DNA of 64,000 nt, taken from contig CM052818.1 in NCBI GenBank assembly GCA_028534125.1, positions 26,476,001 to 26,540,000 of the forward strand, given 5' to 3'. Shown piece by piece: positions 51,523 through 64,000 of the stretch (position 1 is the first letter of the stretch; every line of letters starts with the position of its first letter). The translations under genes were made by a program, and so were the position numbers. Below the pieces are notes generated by a model. That model was not told the origin of the DNA. It did no database searches and saw only the letters and a program-made list of their open reading frames with translations. The DNA is from Lama glama (lineage: Eukaryota).

Positions 51523-52575
51523 TTTTTAAAATTTTTTATCGAAGTGAAGTTGATTTAATGTTAGTTTCACGTGGATAGCAAAGTGATTCAGTTATACATA
51601 TACATGTTTTTTTCTTTTCAGATTAGTTTCCATTGTATGTTATTGCAAGAAATGAGTATAGTTCCCCGTGCTATACAGTAGGACCTTGTTGTTTATCTAT
51701 TTTATATATATTAATGTGTGTCTGTTAATCCCCCACCCCTAATTTCTCTCTCCCTTTTTTCCCCTTTGTAATCATAGTTTGTTTTCTCTGTCCATAAATC
51801 TATTTTTGGTTTGTAAATAGAATTTCTATCATTTTTTAGAGACTCCTAATATAAGTGATATCATATGATGTTTGTCTTTGACTTACTTCACTTAGTATGA
51901 TAATCTCTAGGTCCATCCATGTTGCTCAAATGGCATTATTTCGTTCTTTTTTATGGCTGAGTAGTAGTATGTACACCACATCTTCTTTATCCTGTCATCT
52001 GTTGATGGACATTTGGGTTGTTTCCATGTCTTGGCTATTGTAAACAGTGCTGCTGTGAACATTAGGGTGCATGTGTCATTTTGAATGATAGCTTTCTCCA
52101 GGTGTATGCCCAGGAGTAGGATTGCTGGATCATATGGTAACTCTATTTTTAGTTTTTTAAGAAACTTGCATACTGTCCTCCATAGTGGCTGCACCAATTT
52201 ACATTTCCACCATCAGCATAGGAGGGTTCCTTTTTCTCCACACTCTCTCCAGCATTTATTATTTGTAGACTTTTTAATGATGGCCATTCTGACTGGTGTG
52301 AGGTGATACCTCATTGTAGTTTTGATTTACATTTCTCCAATAATTAGTGATATTGAGCATATTTTCATGTGCCTGTTGGCCATCTGGATGTTTTCTTTGG
52401 AGAAATGGCTATTTATGCCTTTAACCTGTTTTTTGATTGGGTGGTTTGGTTTTTTTGATATTAAGCTATATGAGCTGTTTGTACATTTTGGAAATTAGTC
52501 CCTTGTTGGTTGTGTCATTTGTAAATATTTTCTCCCATTCTGCAGGTTGTCTTTTTGTTTTATTTATGGTTTCCT
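51523..52575 (-). mobile_element. Younger L1 3' ~1 kb inserted antisense in old L1
   Basis: ORF 51907-52197 ([29 protein letters not shown]...AKTWKQPKCPS) is the L1 ORF2 C-terminus. TSD tatgccttta (51513-51522) / tataccttta (52576-52585). Confidence 0.93.
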
Positions 52576-53679
52576 TATACCTTTAAATGCATGTGTTAGG
52601 AAAGAAAAAAGACAGAACAGTTATGAGCCCAGCACCTCAAGAAGTGAAAATAACAACAAAGTAAGCCTGAAGAAAATAGCAAACATAAAATCAGACCTTA
52701 ATAGAAGAGGAAACAAAGAAATATTAGAATTGATCAGAAAAATAAAAGCTGATTCTTTGTGATAAAAAAAACACACAAAGGAAATATGAATCTCTAGAAG
52801 ATTCATCAAGGAAAAAAATATTAGCAATAGATACTAGGAATAAAGAGGGATACAACTATAGATAGAATGGAGACATTTTAAAACATATAATATGTAAAAC
52901 TTTCTGCCAATAAATGTAAAATTCTAGAAAATATTAAGTATCAACATTGACTAATGAAAAGATGGAAAACCAGCGTAACCCTATATAAAGTTTAAAAGTG
53001 ATCGGTAAAGCTCCAACTACAAAACAAAAAATGCTGTCAAAGTTTTACCAGCAATCTTTACCAGGTAGCTTATTTTCTGTACAAGTGATTCAGAGTTTTG
53101 AAAAAGATACAAAGGTCCACTACTCATTTTTTGAAGCTAGTATAACCCTTACTACTAAAACTAAGAAATGTATGGGGGAAAAAATCACTGATGGGAAAAA
53201 AAAATCTCACTAATGATATAGATATAAAAATCCTAAATAAAATACTAGCAAAATAACTCCAGTCGGGGGTGTCTGTACACATATGCATGTGTGTATGTTA
53301 AATTTTGACCAAGTAGGGTTTATCTTAGATATGCAAGGATGATTCAGTTATTGGTAATCTATTGATATGACTTACCTCTTAAAGAAGAAAAGCCATAAAA
53401 TCATCCCAATATATGTCCCCCAAAAAAGACATCCAAAAAATTTTAACACTGGCTTATGGTTAAAAAGAAAAACATACTCCTAGCAAATCAGGAATAGAAG
53501 AAATAACTTTAATCTAATACATGGTTCTTCATTACAGTGAAAATCATACTTAATTGTGAAATATTAGAGGCAATTTATTTAAGATTGGGAACAAGATGAG
53601 GATCTCTGTTATAATTCTTTCTGCTCATATTAGTGGTTCTAACCAGTGCAATAAGATTTTAAAAAATAAGAAATTAATG

Positions 53680-53940
53680 GGGAGGAATAAATTAGGAGTT
53701 TGGGATTAACAGATACACACTACTATATGTAAGATAGATAAACAACAAGGACCTACTATGTAGCACAGGGAACTATATTCAATATCTTGTAATAACTTAT
53801 AATGGAAAAGAGTATGAAAAAGAAAAGATATACATATATATGTATAACTGAATCACTCCTGTACACCTGAAACTAGCACAACATTGTAAATCAACTATAC
53901 TTCAATTTTTTAAAAAAATAAAGATTATATAGAAAAAAGA
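53680..53940 (+). mobile_element. Younger L1 3' end nested in old L1
   Basis: ataaattaggagtttgggattaacagatacacactac...tcaactatacttcaa. 12-bp TSD aagaaattaatg at 53668-53679 and 53941-53952. Confidence 0.92.
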
Positions 53941-55794
53941 AAGAAATTAATGATTAGAAAGAAAAATATATAATTATTATTTGCTATTTAATTACACAGA
54001 GAAACACAAGAAAATACACAGACAATTGGAACTTAAGCGAGTTCTGCAAAGTTGCCTGATAAAAAGTTAACACATAAATGTTAGGAATAATCTTATTTAC
54101 AAGCAACAACCAATGAGAAAATTTTAATTTTAAAAAAGGATCTATTTACAGAAGCAATAAAAACATTAAGTAACAGAGAATGTATGTAAAGACACAACAT
54201 TTTTGGAGAAATTTTCAACATATTATTGAATAACAAAAAAAACTAAATATATGGAGAAATATATAATGGTAATGGATGAGGGACTCAATATCATTAAGAT
54301 AGTCTTTCTTCTCATGTTGATCTGCAAATTTTAATGCAATTCCTATCAAATTGCCACAGGTTGCTTTTGCAGAGTTTTACAGGCTGAGAGTCATATGGAG
54401 AAAAAAAGGGCCAAGAATAGTCACGACTATTTGATGACTAAGGAGATGTGCAAGTATAAAAACAAAGTTATATTAACTTTAAGAAAACACGGTATTTGTC
54501 TCAAGTCAAAGAAAAGAGACCAATTACAGAAGAGAAAGCTCAGCTGGGTGTAGGGGACACATGTATATGAGGTATCCTTACAAGTCAGGGTAAAAGGATC
54601 AATAATACAATTCAAGTAGCTACAACTAAGGCTGTCTACATGCAAAAAAAAAACCAAGTACAACTTATTCCAACCCTTCTTCATAGGCAGATTCAAGTGT
54701 GAATATTGGAACTTTGAAATTAAAAAATGAGGAGAGAATATATTTGTGAACATAGGGAAATTAATTATTTCTTAGGGCAAATGCCACAGGCACAAATCAT
54801 AAAGGAAAAGGTTGATTTTGAATTGAATTTGATTATATTGAAAATTAAAATTTTCATGGTCTAAGATATGAACTAAGTTAAAACACAAACCGCATACTTG
54901 GGAGAAGCTATTTGTCACACATAAATTTAAAAATAAGTATAATTCTTGCAAATCAGTAAGAAAATACAAAGAATACAGTAATAAAATAGGCAAAGAATGT
55001 GAACAGAAAATTCATAGAAGAGAACACTGAAACACCTAAAATTTCTCGGCCTCAGTTGCTATCAAGGAAGTGCAAGTTGATGTAAGATACCACTTCAGAA
55101 CAAGAAGATGTCTAATTGTTGAGGAGAATAAATTGATACTAATTGTTGAGAAGAAAATGGAGAAACTGGAACTCTCCTATGTGGCAGGTACAAATACTTT
55201 GATGAGTAATTTGGCAATATCTAGCAAAGCTAGAGGCACATCATTACAGAATTTTACATCTAGATGCAAAACCCAGAGAACCATCCCACATATGCCCAAG
55301 AAGAGATGTACAAAAAATTAGAAGCAAGCTCAGTTACTGAGGAAAAAATAATTTCATATAATAGGACACCAGATAATAACTTAAACGAATAGACTACTTG
55401 TTAGTACATCAATATGGCTAAATCTCAAAATTAATGCTGCATGAAAGGCAACTGCAAAAGTATTTTAAACTATTTCATTTATGTAAATATATAAAATTTG
55501 CAAAACAATACTATATATTGTTTAGGGATATATGCATGTATAATAAATATAAAAATAAGTTGAGAAAGATACACACCAATTTCAAGATAGTGGTTAACTC
55601 TGGGAAGAAAGGTTAACAGATGGGATAAGGAGCAATCAGCTGCATTGCTAATATTTTATTTCTAAAAAAAAAGAAAAGAAGGCAAAAGTTACTAGTTTTT
55701 AAATCTAGTGGTTGGTACATGAGTATCTGTTAGATTATTCTCTGTATTTTTCAATTTCATAATTTTTAAAAATTAATAAATAAAATTAACAAAT

Positions 55795-55955
55795 CATTTA
55801 TATATCCATGCTCTCATTTTGATAGACCCTCCCAATAAGATTGTATGGTGTCCATTTTATAGGTGAGAAGTAGACTTCTCAAGGTTAAATCCATTACCAA
55901 CTGTCACAGAGCCAGAAAGGGGAAGAGCTAGGATTCCATCTTGAGTCACCTGAAC
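55795..55955 (-). mobile_element. MIR fragment
   Basis: tccattttataggtgagaag...gtcacagagccagaaaggggaagagctaggattc. Confidence 0.65.
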
Positions 55956-57274
55956 AAACATGTTCCTCAAAAAATTCCTTATCTTGCAAAATGATTATCC
56001 AGAGTCCTGTAAAGATCAAGTTTCATTATTACACTGAGTATTTATTTTATATTTATTTCAATTTACCAAAATTTGACTGCCAATCAACCTCTTGGGGCAA
56101 CATTGTTTTTTTTTCCCTATAAATTTGTGTGTACCTGAATTCATGGAGGTTGACTCTGTACAGCCGACAAAAATGAGTCTGTAACAACATCACTGTCTGG
56201 TTCCAGTTGACATTTACATTTGAGGGCCTGGGATCTTGAGCCACTGTATCTCTAAAAACATCCCTTCCCCCTGCTCAATATCCTTCCAAAGGGGTAGAAA
56301 ATAGCCACCAAGAAACTCTTATCTGTATGGCTTTAAGCTATCTTGAGATTGTTGAAGAAAATCTGTGACTTGGCATTCATACTGACTTACAAGTTCAGTT
56401 TAAAAATATATTTTCAACAGTCAAGCAGCTGTTATTTCTCCTTCCTTTGCCAGCTGATTATGTATAGCAAGTTTTGTCATTTTTCCATTATTCACTACTC
56501 TTGAGTTATCAGTCTTCAGAACAAACGATAACATGCTTTATTGGAAGATAAACTGAAGATGGAAAATAAGTGATTTAGGGCAACTGAGAAGGGGTTTTTG
56601 TGCATCAGATGGTTTTAATTAAAGGAATGAATATCAAATCTGCTTCTACTTATAGAGGCGAGACACCTCCCAGGGGCTGAGATTAAAGCCTTTGTTCGTC
56701 TTTTCCACCAAAACTTTACCTGGATCTTCTGAAGCTTTCTCTTTTCCTGTTAAATGCCAGAGAATCTCTGGTATATAATCATGGAAGAGAATGGCTTGTG
56801 CCAGTGGCTTTCCCCAAAAAAGGGAGAGGGAGAGAGAATAACTATTACACTGTAATTTTTGTTTGTTTCTGGTTTGTTGGTTATGTTTATGCAAAATCTT
56901 TATCTAGAGTTGCCTTAGCATGGAAGATGTGCATAAGGACCCTAATCTTCCTCCAGCAATGACAGTCTTTTTCCAACAGAGAGTACATTTCTCCATTTCT
57001 CCTCCTTTTACTATCAGGCAATGCTCTGGGCACCCTGCAGTTCATGATCAAGACCCTCTCAATGATCTAGAACACTATTTTAGGACTCAGTGTCATTTTT
57101 ATGAAGATTATGAATCTCCAAGGTCACAATTTTTATCGGAGAACCTTGACTTCACCTTTTATGGAGCCTCACATGAATTTGTGACAAGTGCTCTACCTCC
57201 CCTGTCAAATTGCAGGCTTTTCCTAAGTTCCTTTAAAATAATATTTAAAAAACATATTTCAAGATAAGATAATT

Positions 57275-58101
57275 TATTTTATTTTATTTTTAATTTTTTA
57301 AATTGAATTATAGTTGATTTATAATGTGTGTTAGTTTCTGGTGTACAGCATAGCGATTTAGTTATACATATGTATGTATATATATTCTTTTTCATATTCT
57401 TTTTCATTGTAGGATATTACAAGATATTGAATATAGTTCCCTGTGCTGTACAGTAGGACCTTGCTGTTTAACTATTTTATATATAGTAGGGTGTATCTGC
57501 AGATCCCAAACTCCTAATTTATCCCTCTCCCCCTCCATGTCCCCCTTTAGTAACCATAAGTTTGTTTTCTATGTCTGTGAGTCCTTTTCTGTTTTGTAAA
57601 TAAGTTCATTTGTATCATTTTTTTTTTGGATTCCACATACAAGTGATATCATATGATACTTACCTTTCTCTGCCTGATTTACTTCACTTAGTATGATAAT
57701 CTCTAGGTCCATCCATGTTGCTGCAAATGGCATTATTTCATTCTTTTTTATGGCTGAGTAGTATTCCAGTGTACATATATGCCACATCTTCTTTATCCAT
57801 TCATCTGTTGATGGACACTTAGGTTGCTTCCATGTTTTGTCTATTGTAAATAGTACTGGTGTGAACATCAGGGTACATGTATCTTTTCAAATTAGAGTTT
57901 TTGTCTTTTCCAGATAAATATCCAGGAGTGGTATTTCTGGATCATATGGTAACTCTATTTTTAGTTTTTTTAAGGAATCTCTATACTGTATTCCAGAGTG
58001 GCTGTACCAATTTACATTCCCACCAACAGTGTAGGAGGGTTCCCTTTCCTCTACATCCTCTCCAGTGTTTATTGTTTGTGAACTTTTTAATGATGGCCAT
58101 T
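57275..58101 (-). mobile_element. Younger L1 3' end
   Basis: ORF 57569-57868 (KTWKQPKCPSTDEWIKKMW...AIKKNEIMPFAATWMDLEIIILSEV) is the L1 ORF2 C-terminus. T-rich tail at the left end. Confidence 0.93.
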
Positions 58102-58479
58102 AAAATACTTTTAATCAACCATTTTCCTGCTATCCAACACTGCATTTGACCCAGAGCTGTAGTGATAATTAAAGATTTCTTTCAAAATTCAAATTAGAAT
58201 ACATCGTGTTCTGACCTGTACAAAAAGTGCAATTCATCCATTAAATTTGTTGTTACATTAACAAATAAAGTCACTTATATTGTCTGTTTTATAAATGTGC
58301 CACACTTAATTCTCCTTTGCTAATCATTTAGGTTGTAACTTTTAATTATATAAGTAACTGTAATGCCTGTCTTTGTAAGTTAAATGTTTTTCTATATGAA
58401 TAACTACTTCCTCAAGAGTAGAAAAAATCTGAGGCCCAGTACATATTGCCATATTGCTTCATGGATAAAAATTTGACCA

Positions 58480-58790
58480 AAGGGGAAAAAAATGATGAAA
58501 GATCATAAATAAAAGCCCAGGGTCATACTAAGTTGACCCAAAGCAGAAGCAGGTATACTCATATTGCTGCACAGAATAAGGTGTTTCACTTTGATGAGGT
58601 CAACGGTGGGAGCCACTGCAGGTCCTCGTGAAGGGATTAATGACAAGAGTGGACATGATATTTTAGAACTAGGGGATACAAGAGACTGGAAGCAGGAGTC
58701 TAGCTAGGAGGTTGTGATTGTGGCTTTGGTTTAAGGTGATGAGCAGCTGGATTAAGGTGAGGGCAGTAGGAATAGTAAAAATATCTGAGA
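58480..58790 (-). mobile_element. L2 fragment
   Basis: ggtgggagccactgcagg...gagactggaagcaggag...gtgatgagcagctggattaaggtgagggcagtagg. Confidence 0.55.
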
Positions 58791-61700
58791 CAGTGTTATT
58801 TTGTGTGACAGAATAACAGTACTGGTTCTTTGCAAATTTATAATCCGTGGATCCATTAATTAAGTTTCCACAGCTAGGCTCAGACAGAGGAAAGCTTTTG
58901 ATGGGCTGCTATCCATTCATCAATTTTTTCAACAAAAAGAGGGGCCAGAACTATGATTCTGTTTAGCATCTGGTCACCACAAAAGCTAATTAGGAATTTT
59001 TCCAATTATCCACAGAATAACCTATTTTGTTGTTATTTTAATAACAGAGGGAATAGCAGTGTCCCACAGACCCTGAAATCTCACCAAATTACTGCTGAAT
59101 CAGAAAATCACACCAGGAAATAACCCAGTCTGAGACAGTTCACAAAATTGTCCCAAGTAGGCCCATCCTCAGGATGAATCTGGAAGACTCTGAGAGATCA
59201 GCTTGCTTTTTTTATGAATAGTCGTCATTTGTACTAAAGTTTGGGGAATTCTGGTTTTGAAGGACTACAACAAAATTAATTGATCCTTAAAAAGAGAGAG
59301 AGTGGAAGAATTTTACTGTATTTTTTTCACTAAAACCTATATACTACATGAAATTCTGATTTCATTCATATGCAATCATTACGAAATATGAAAGAGAAAC
59401 TAAACAGATGAAGAAACAATAGTGACAGCTCAGGAGGACAATTGCTGAATGGATGGCTTGAGCATGAGGACAAAGCCAGCAGCATTTTTCTTGAAATGTA
59501 CACTGAGTTCACAGATGTTATATTATCACTTTTAAATTGGTGGAATAATCTTTTCATAATGCTTGTCTGTATAAGTTTTTAGAACTGCAACATGTCAGCC
59601 AAATATGTACCAAATGAAACTTCATTTTTAAGGATAAATGTAAGTCATTCTCGTAGTGTTGCATGACCGGGATATTGCAGACAGACAACTTTCGTCTGAA
59701 GCTCCAGAGGATATGGAATTGACATGAATAAGCTATTTTCAAATTAATCTAATAAAAATGTCAAAACTTTGACAGCCAGAATACCCTTCATTTACCCATG
59801 TAAAAATAATAGCAGAAAAGTAGCAAATTAAAAGCAATGAATTCAAATCAAAGCTAATCAAAATAGACCTTAACTATGAAATGTTTCGGCCCCCTTCCTG
59901 GAAGTCCTAACCTTTACAGAAGGAATCCCAGAGATAATTCAGCAAAAGCATTTGTGTGTGTGTCCATCCTTCTTACCTCAAAAAATCATTCTAAAGTTTA
60001 AAACCAGCTCCAGATTCTTTTAAATCATTCCTTTCTCAACAGAAAAATTGTCCCAATGTTTAAAAATATCTTCTATCACTTTAGTTAATTATACGTCATT
60101 TATTGCCTCAAAAGCATGAATAGAATACAATGAGTAATAGCATCTAAGCTAAAATCACCAAAATCAGTAAATATTTCTACAGCTAGTTCAAAGTGTAAAT
60201 ATTTAGTTCTCAAAGAATCTCTCTTATTGCCTGAAGACTAATCTTGTCTAATAAACTTCTTTAAATAAAGCAAAACTATGCTGGGAGAAAACTTCACTTA
60301 GTCCCATGCCTTTCTGAAAAAAACAAAACAAAACAGCATTCTATCTCCCCATCTTCCCCTCTAGTTAGGCACAGGGTTGTATGGGGTCAAAAGTTTAACA
60401 CAGTATTTTTATTCCCAGCCACACCAAAAAATAACATCCTTTAGCGTGCTGTTTCAGAAATTTAGGCGCACCATTCAAACACATCAGGTTATTTTTTGAA
60501 GAACATGTGCTAAAACCCTGGAACTTAACCTCAAAGTCCGTCCTAAAAAAAAGACCAAATACTGGGGCCTTTCCAAGCAAAATCAATTTATGATTAAAAT
60601 TTCACCAAGAACAGGTCTAATATTTTGACAAGGAAAAAAATGTTTTAGGTATTTTCATGTGGTCAAGAGTTTCCAGAAATAGCAGCTTTGGGTGCATATC
60701 ATCTGATAGGTTGGCAACAGCCTGATCCCAGACCTTCTCCTTGGAAAACTATGCAAAAACAGGAAAAGGAATCCTAAAAGTAGGTGAAGGGTCAACAATG
60801 TAATTTCTAACAAGTACCTGCTTCCTGGTGACATGCGCAGTAGAGAAATCAAGCGTGCAGGTTTAAATCCAGTGGTCCTCTATTCAAACTCTACCAGGAC
60901 CCAACCTTAGAATCTTCTTTCTCCCTGGATTGAAGGTGTGCTTTGATAGGAGAAAAAAAACCAATCCTTCCCAAAAGAACACTCCTAGTGAGACAACCAG
61001 GATTAGAGACTTCCCATCCGTAAGTCCCTCCCCAAGGACCGCAACCGCCACCTCTACTCCAGTACTGCTGCCTCTCTTAACAGGCACTGTTTTCTTTCCC
61101 CCTTATCACTAAGACTGTTTGTTTCTTTCATTGTTACATCTCCCTCTATTACAAAACTTAGTCAAATTCAGCACCTCTCAAAATGAGTTTGAGAGGACCC
61201 TAGAGGACCCTCCTAGAGGTACACAGATGCTCACAGGTGTTCCTCCCCTACACACACAAAAACTGGCTCCATGATCCAATACTTTTGTGAAACTCTGGGG
61301 CAAATGTTTTAAATAGTTCCTTTCTTGCAGGGCTTTGAATATGCTCATTTCCTAATTTCTTTGACATGGATGTTTTTGTGGGCCACACCTATTAACATCT
61401 CGCTAAAGAGTTTCACTACCAAATGAAATCCTTTTTGAGTGTAGTAAGAATCTAACTATTTGACTATTTAGCTATTTGACATAGGACCAACCCTGGAATG
61501 TTAAACAATGCCACATTTGTTCTCCTTCCTCCAAGTCACCTTCCCATGGTCCCAAACTTGATAGATGTCTATTTTCCCTTCCCCACAATCGCCGTTGCCC
61601 TACAATGGTGTTTTAACTCAAAATCAGAGGCAGAGAAAAAAACAAAGAAATATTTGAATTCATCGATTTTAGAGAGACATTGAGTCATCCTTCAAGCAAT

Positions 61701-64000
61701 ATATGATGACATTTCAAGCACAAATATCAAGATTATTATTTTTAAAATTAAATAGTACCCGAGTGTTTAAAAAAAAATCAAAGGCAGGGAACTGTCAAAA
61801 GGCTTTCAATTGGTTTTTGAGGTCCTTTGCACAGTTCCTTTGCCATTGAGACTTACGGGTCCTTCCTGCACGCAGTGTCCTGGGTCTGCCAAAAGTATCA
61901 CACATCTCCTGAGAGACAAATGTGTAAGACATAAATAGCTGGAGTGATATATTAAAGGAGAAAATGAATATGATAGAATTAACTGTCGTAAAATGTAAGG
62001 GATTATTTTTATTTTGACATCATTGTCAGCCCTTTCTATATATCACCATGCACAATTAGGCACTCAGTAAATACTTTTTAGGATTGTAATGGTTGAGTAA
62101 ACTGAATCCATGCAATTTCAGTCTTGCAATTAAGTTCCTGAAGCACAGCGATATGGAACGACATATAGCCAAAGTGGGCAGAGGTGGGAGCAAAGAGAGG
62201 TGCTGAAGCCAGTAATTAAGTAAATGAGTCTCTGACCCAGACAGACTGGTTTCACAAGTCGAGATTTGCCCCCACAGGGGCCAGAGATGACATCATGGGA
62301 ATGCATATCAAGACCCGTGAGTGATGAGGTTATGTGGCTGAGAACACCAAACCCATCTAAAAAGCCAGAGTACAAGTGTTCATTAGTGAGCCAATGTGGC
62401 CAGGTATATGAAGGCAGAGAATATTCTGAATTACCCAGAAATGTGAGCAATGATGGGGGAAGGGGGCCAAATATGAGAAAAAAAAATATAAGGAAGGGGA
62501 AGTTAAAAAGGCAGGAGCTCTCCCAATTCAGTACCATCTGAATTTCTGCACTTGCATCTGAGTTTAGGAGTCACAGCTTCTGTGGGTCCCCTTGCTTCCT
62601 GGAAGGAGTATCCCAGGCTCTGTTGACTCAAGAAGGGACAACAAAGTGTCAGCAACCCCGAAGCACCAGCGGACGCTGCCAACTCCCAGTCTATCTGGAG
62701 ATCCCACTGAAAGGAAGGAGGAATCAGGATGACTTAGAAAGCAGCTCACAGACTACCACGGCGAAGAGGAGAGGCCAGATAGGGAGACACTTAACCAATA
62801 CCCTCAATCAACTTTAATTCAAGGTAGAAATGAGGTAGAAATTTCCCAGATACAACATCCTTTTGAAGGATGCAGGCTTCTAGGGGAGGTAATTAATATG
62901 AAAAAGCTGCTGCTAACTGGCTCTGGGAACTTGAAGCATTTTCTTCTCAGTCCATCAATGGCCACATCTGCAAGAAAGGAGGAGCAAGAGAGAGAACGAA
63001 GGTGAAGGTGCTGTGAAACTGGGTGGCTCCATGGCATATGAAAGGCCTGTTCTAGCCATGTACAGCCTTTCTGATAGGTCTTTTGATTGGCTGCAGCCAT
63101 CCTCATGTGACCTAATGGACCCAATTCCTTCTTTCATCCCCACAAATGCCGAAACCATCCTGGGTTTAATCAAGAGACCTATGTTTATTCAACATACTTA
63201 ACTCAAGAAAGATAATCCAGGGGACCCAATGCCTTCTTTTCTCTATGTAGCCACTTGCATTTTCTCAGTTATGTTTTTACTTTCTGTATGTGTCCAATTT
63301 TATTTTCAATGATTGACCTGGATTTTAGGTTTTAATAGCCTAAATATCAGGTTTTGTTAGTTCAGCTGTAGGTTAAAATGCTCTTACTCTTTTGCTCTTA
63401 ATTAATGGATACCATTCAACAATGAAGGATTCTGTTTAATCTTTTTTTTAAAATGAGTTTTAAATTATTCTTTGTTTGCACATGGCCCAAGAGAAGCTTT
63501 TCTGGGGGGTTACTAGAAGAAGTGGTATAAGTCCATTTCCCTTAATAGTAAAAGATTCCCTGTGACTGTAAAATAGAGAGTTTCCCCACCTGGTAGTTAT
63601 TTAAGAAACTGATTTTTAACCCTAATCACGGGATTTTTACGCTTAAATTAAATTCCACCTATGTTAGTTTTGACTGGGCAGTTCAGCCTGGACATCCGTT
63701 TTTAAATTAAGCTTTTACTGTGTTTTTTAAAGACTTTTTAAAAAGTAAAGACTTCAAAAGTCAAAAGAGGGTCTAGTACTCTCTTTCCCCAGACTCCTCT
63801 GTGTCACAGTCAGAAAACAGAGTTTTTCCCTATCTACTCCATATTCAATTTGGAAAGATGCATAGGAGGAATACCCTCAAATTTTGTCTTCTTAGCAGTA
63901 TATTATAGTATATTATTCTGACAATAACCCAAGGCCAGATGTTGTTGTGACCATCTATATGTTTCAGGATTGATGAGGACATCAAATAGAGCCCAACCCC

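Larger units (their letters stand above)
51340..55790 (+). mobile_element. Long old L1 (L1ME-like) ORF2 and 3'UTR, interrupted twice by younger L1s
   Basis: A-rich colinear ORF2 motifs (catgcttctaaat; aaaatcctaaataaaatactagc; gaccaagtagggtttatc; caaatgccacaggcacaaatcataaagg). 3'UTR ttcaagatagtggttaactctggg. Confidence 0.75.

Noticed and set aside
51907..52197. ORF with clear protein similarity
   Set aside because: It is the C-terminus of L1 ORF2 in a truncated copy, not a host gene. The same applies to 57569-57868, 15122-15328 and 23900-24082 (ORF1).
56920..57267. 115-aa ATG ORF with good Kozak context
   Set aside because: No recognisable homology, it overlaps L2-like sequence, and one ORF of this length is unremarkable in 64 kb.
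61193..61482. Tiny direct repeats (agaggaccct x2; ctatttgac x2)
   Set aside because: Ordinary 9-11 bp slippage duplications with no further structure.
62130..63201. Cluster of 60-135 aa ORFs in purine-rich DNA
   Set aside because: Overlapping on both strands, with no recognisable domain or consistent splice structure.

Overview
Eutherian non-coding genomic DNA: AT-rich, CpG-depleted and repeat-dense. I can support no protein-coding exon, RNA gene or CRISPR-like array. The listed ORFs are L1 ORF1/ORF2 remnants, one ERVL pro/RT remnant, or chance frames. The repeats are old L1 (L1MC/L1ME/L1MA9-like), younger cetartiodactyl-type L1 3' ends with clean target-site duplications (TSDs), L2, MIR, CR1/L3, MaLR/ERVL LTRs, two ERV1-type solo LTRs and hAT MITEs (MER5, MER20, MER94). 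I recognised no lineage tRNA-SINEs, which with the L1 tails points to a camelid genome (inference). The best second-look item is the only CpG island (~20.2-20.65 kb). It lies inside an otherwise decayed L1 5'UTR, carries inverted ETS sites and a YY1 motif, and sits next to a long splice-acceptor-like pyrimidine tract and two solo LTRs, so it is a candidate TE-derived promoter. Other items: a deleted ERVL/MaLR provirus with a recent 50-bp dispersed duplication, recent tandem duplications, a paired GAS site and a minus-strand bias of LTRs. Family names come from recall of consensus sequences, not a database search, and most boundaries are approximate. I see no clear new biological system.
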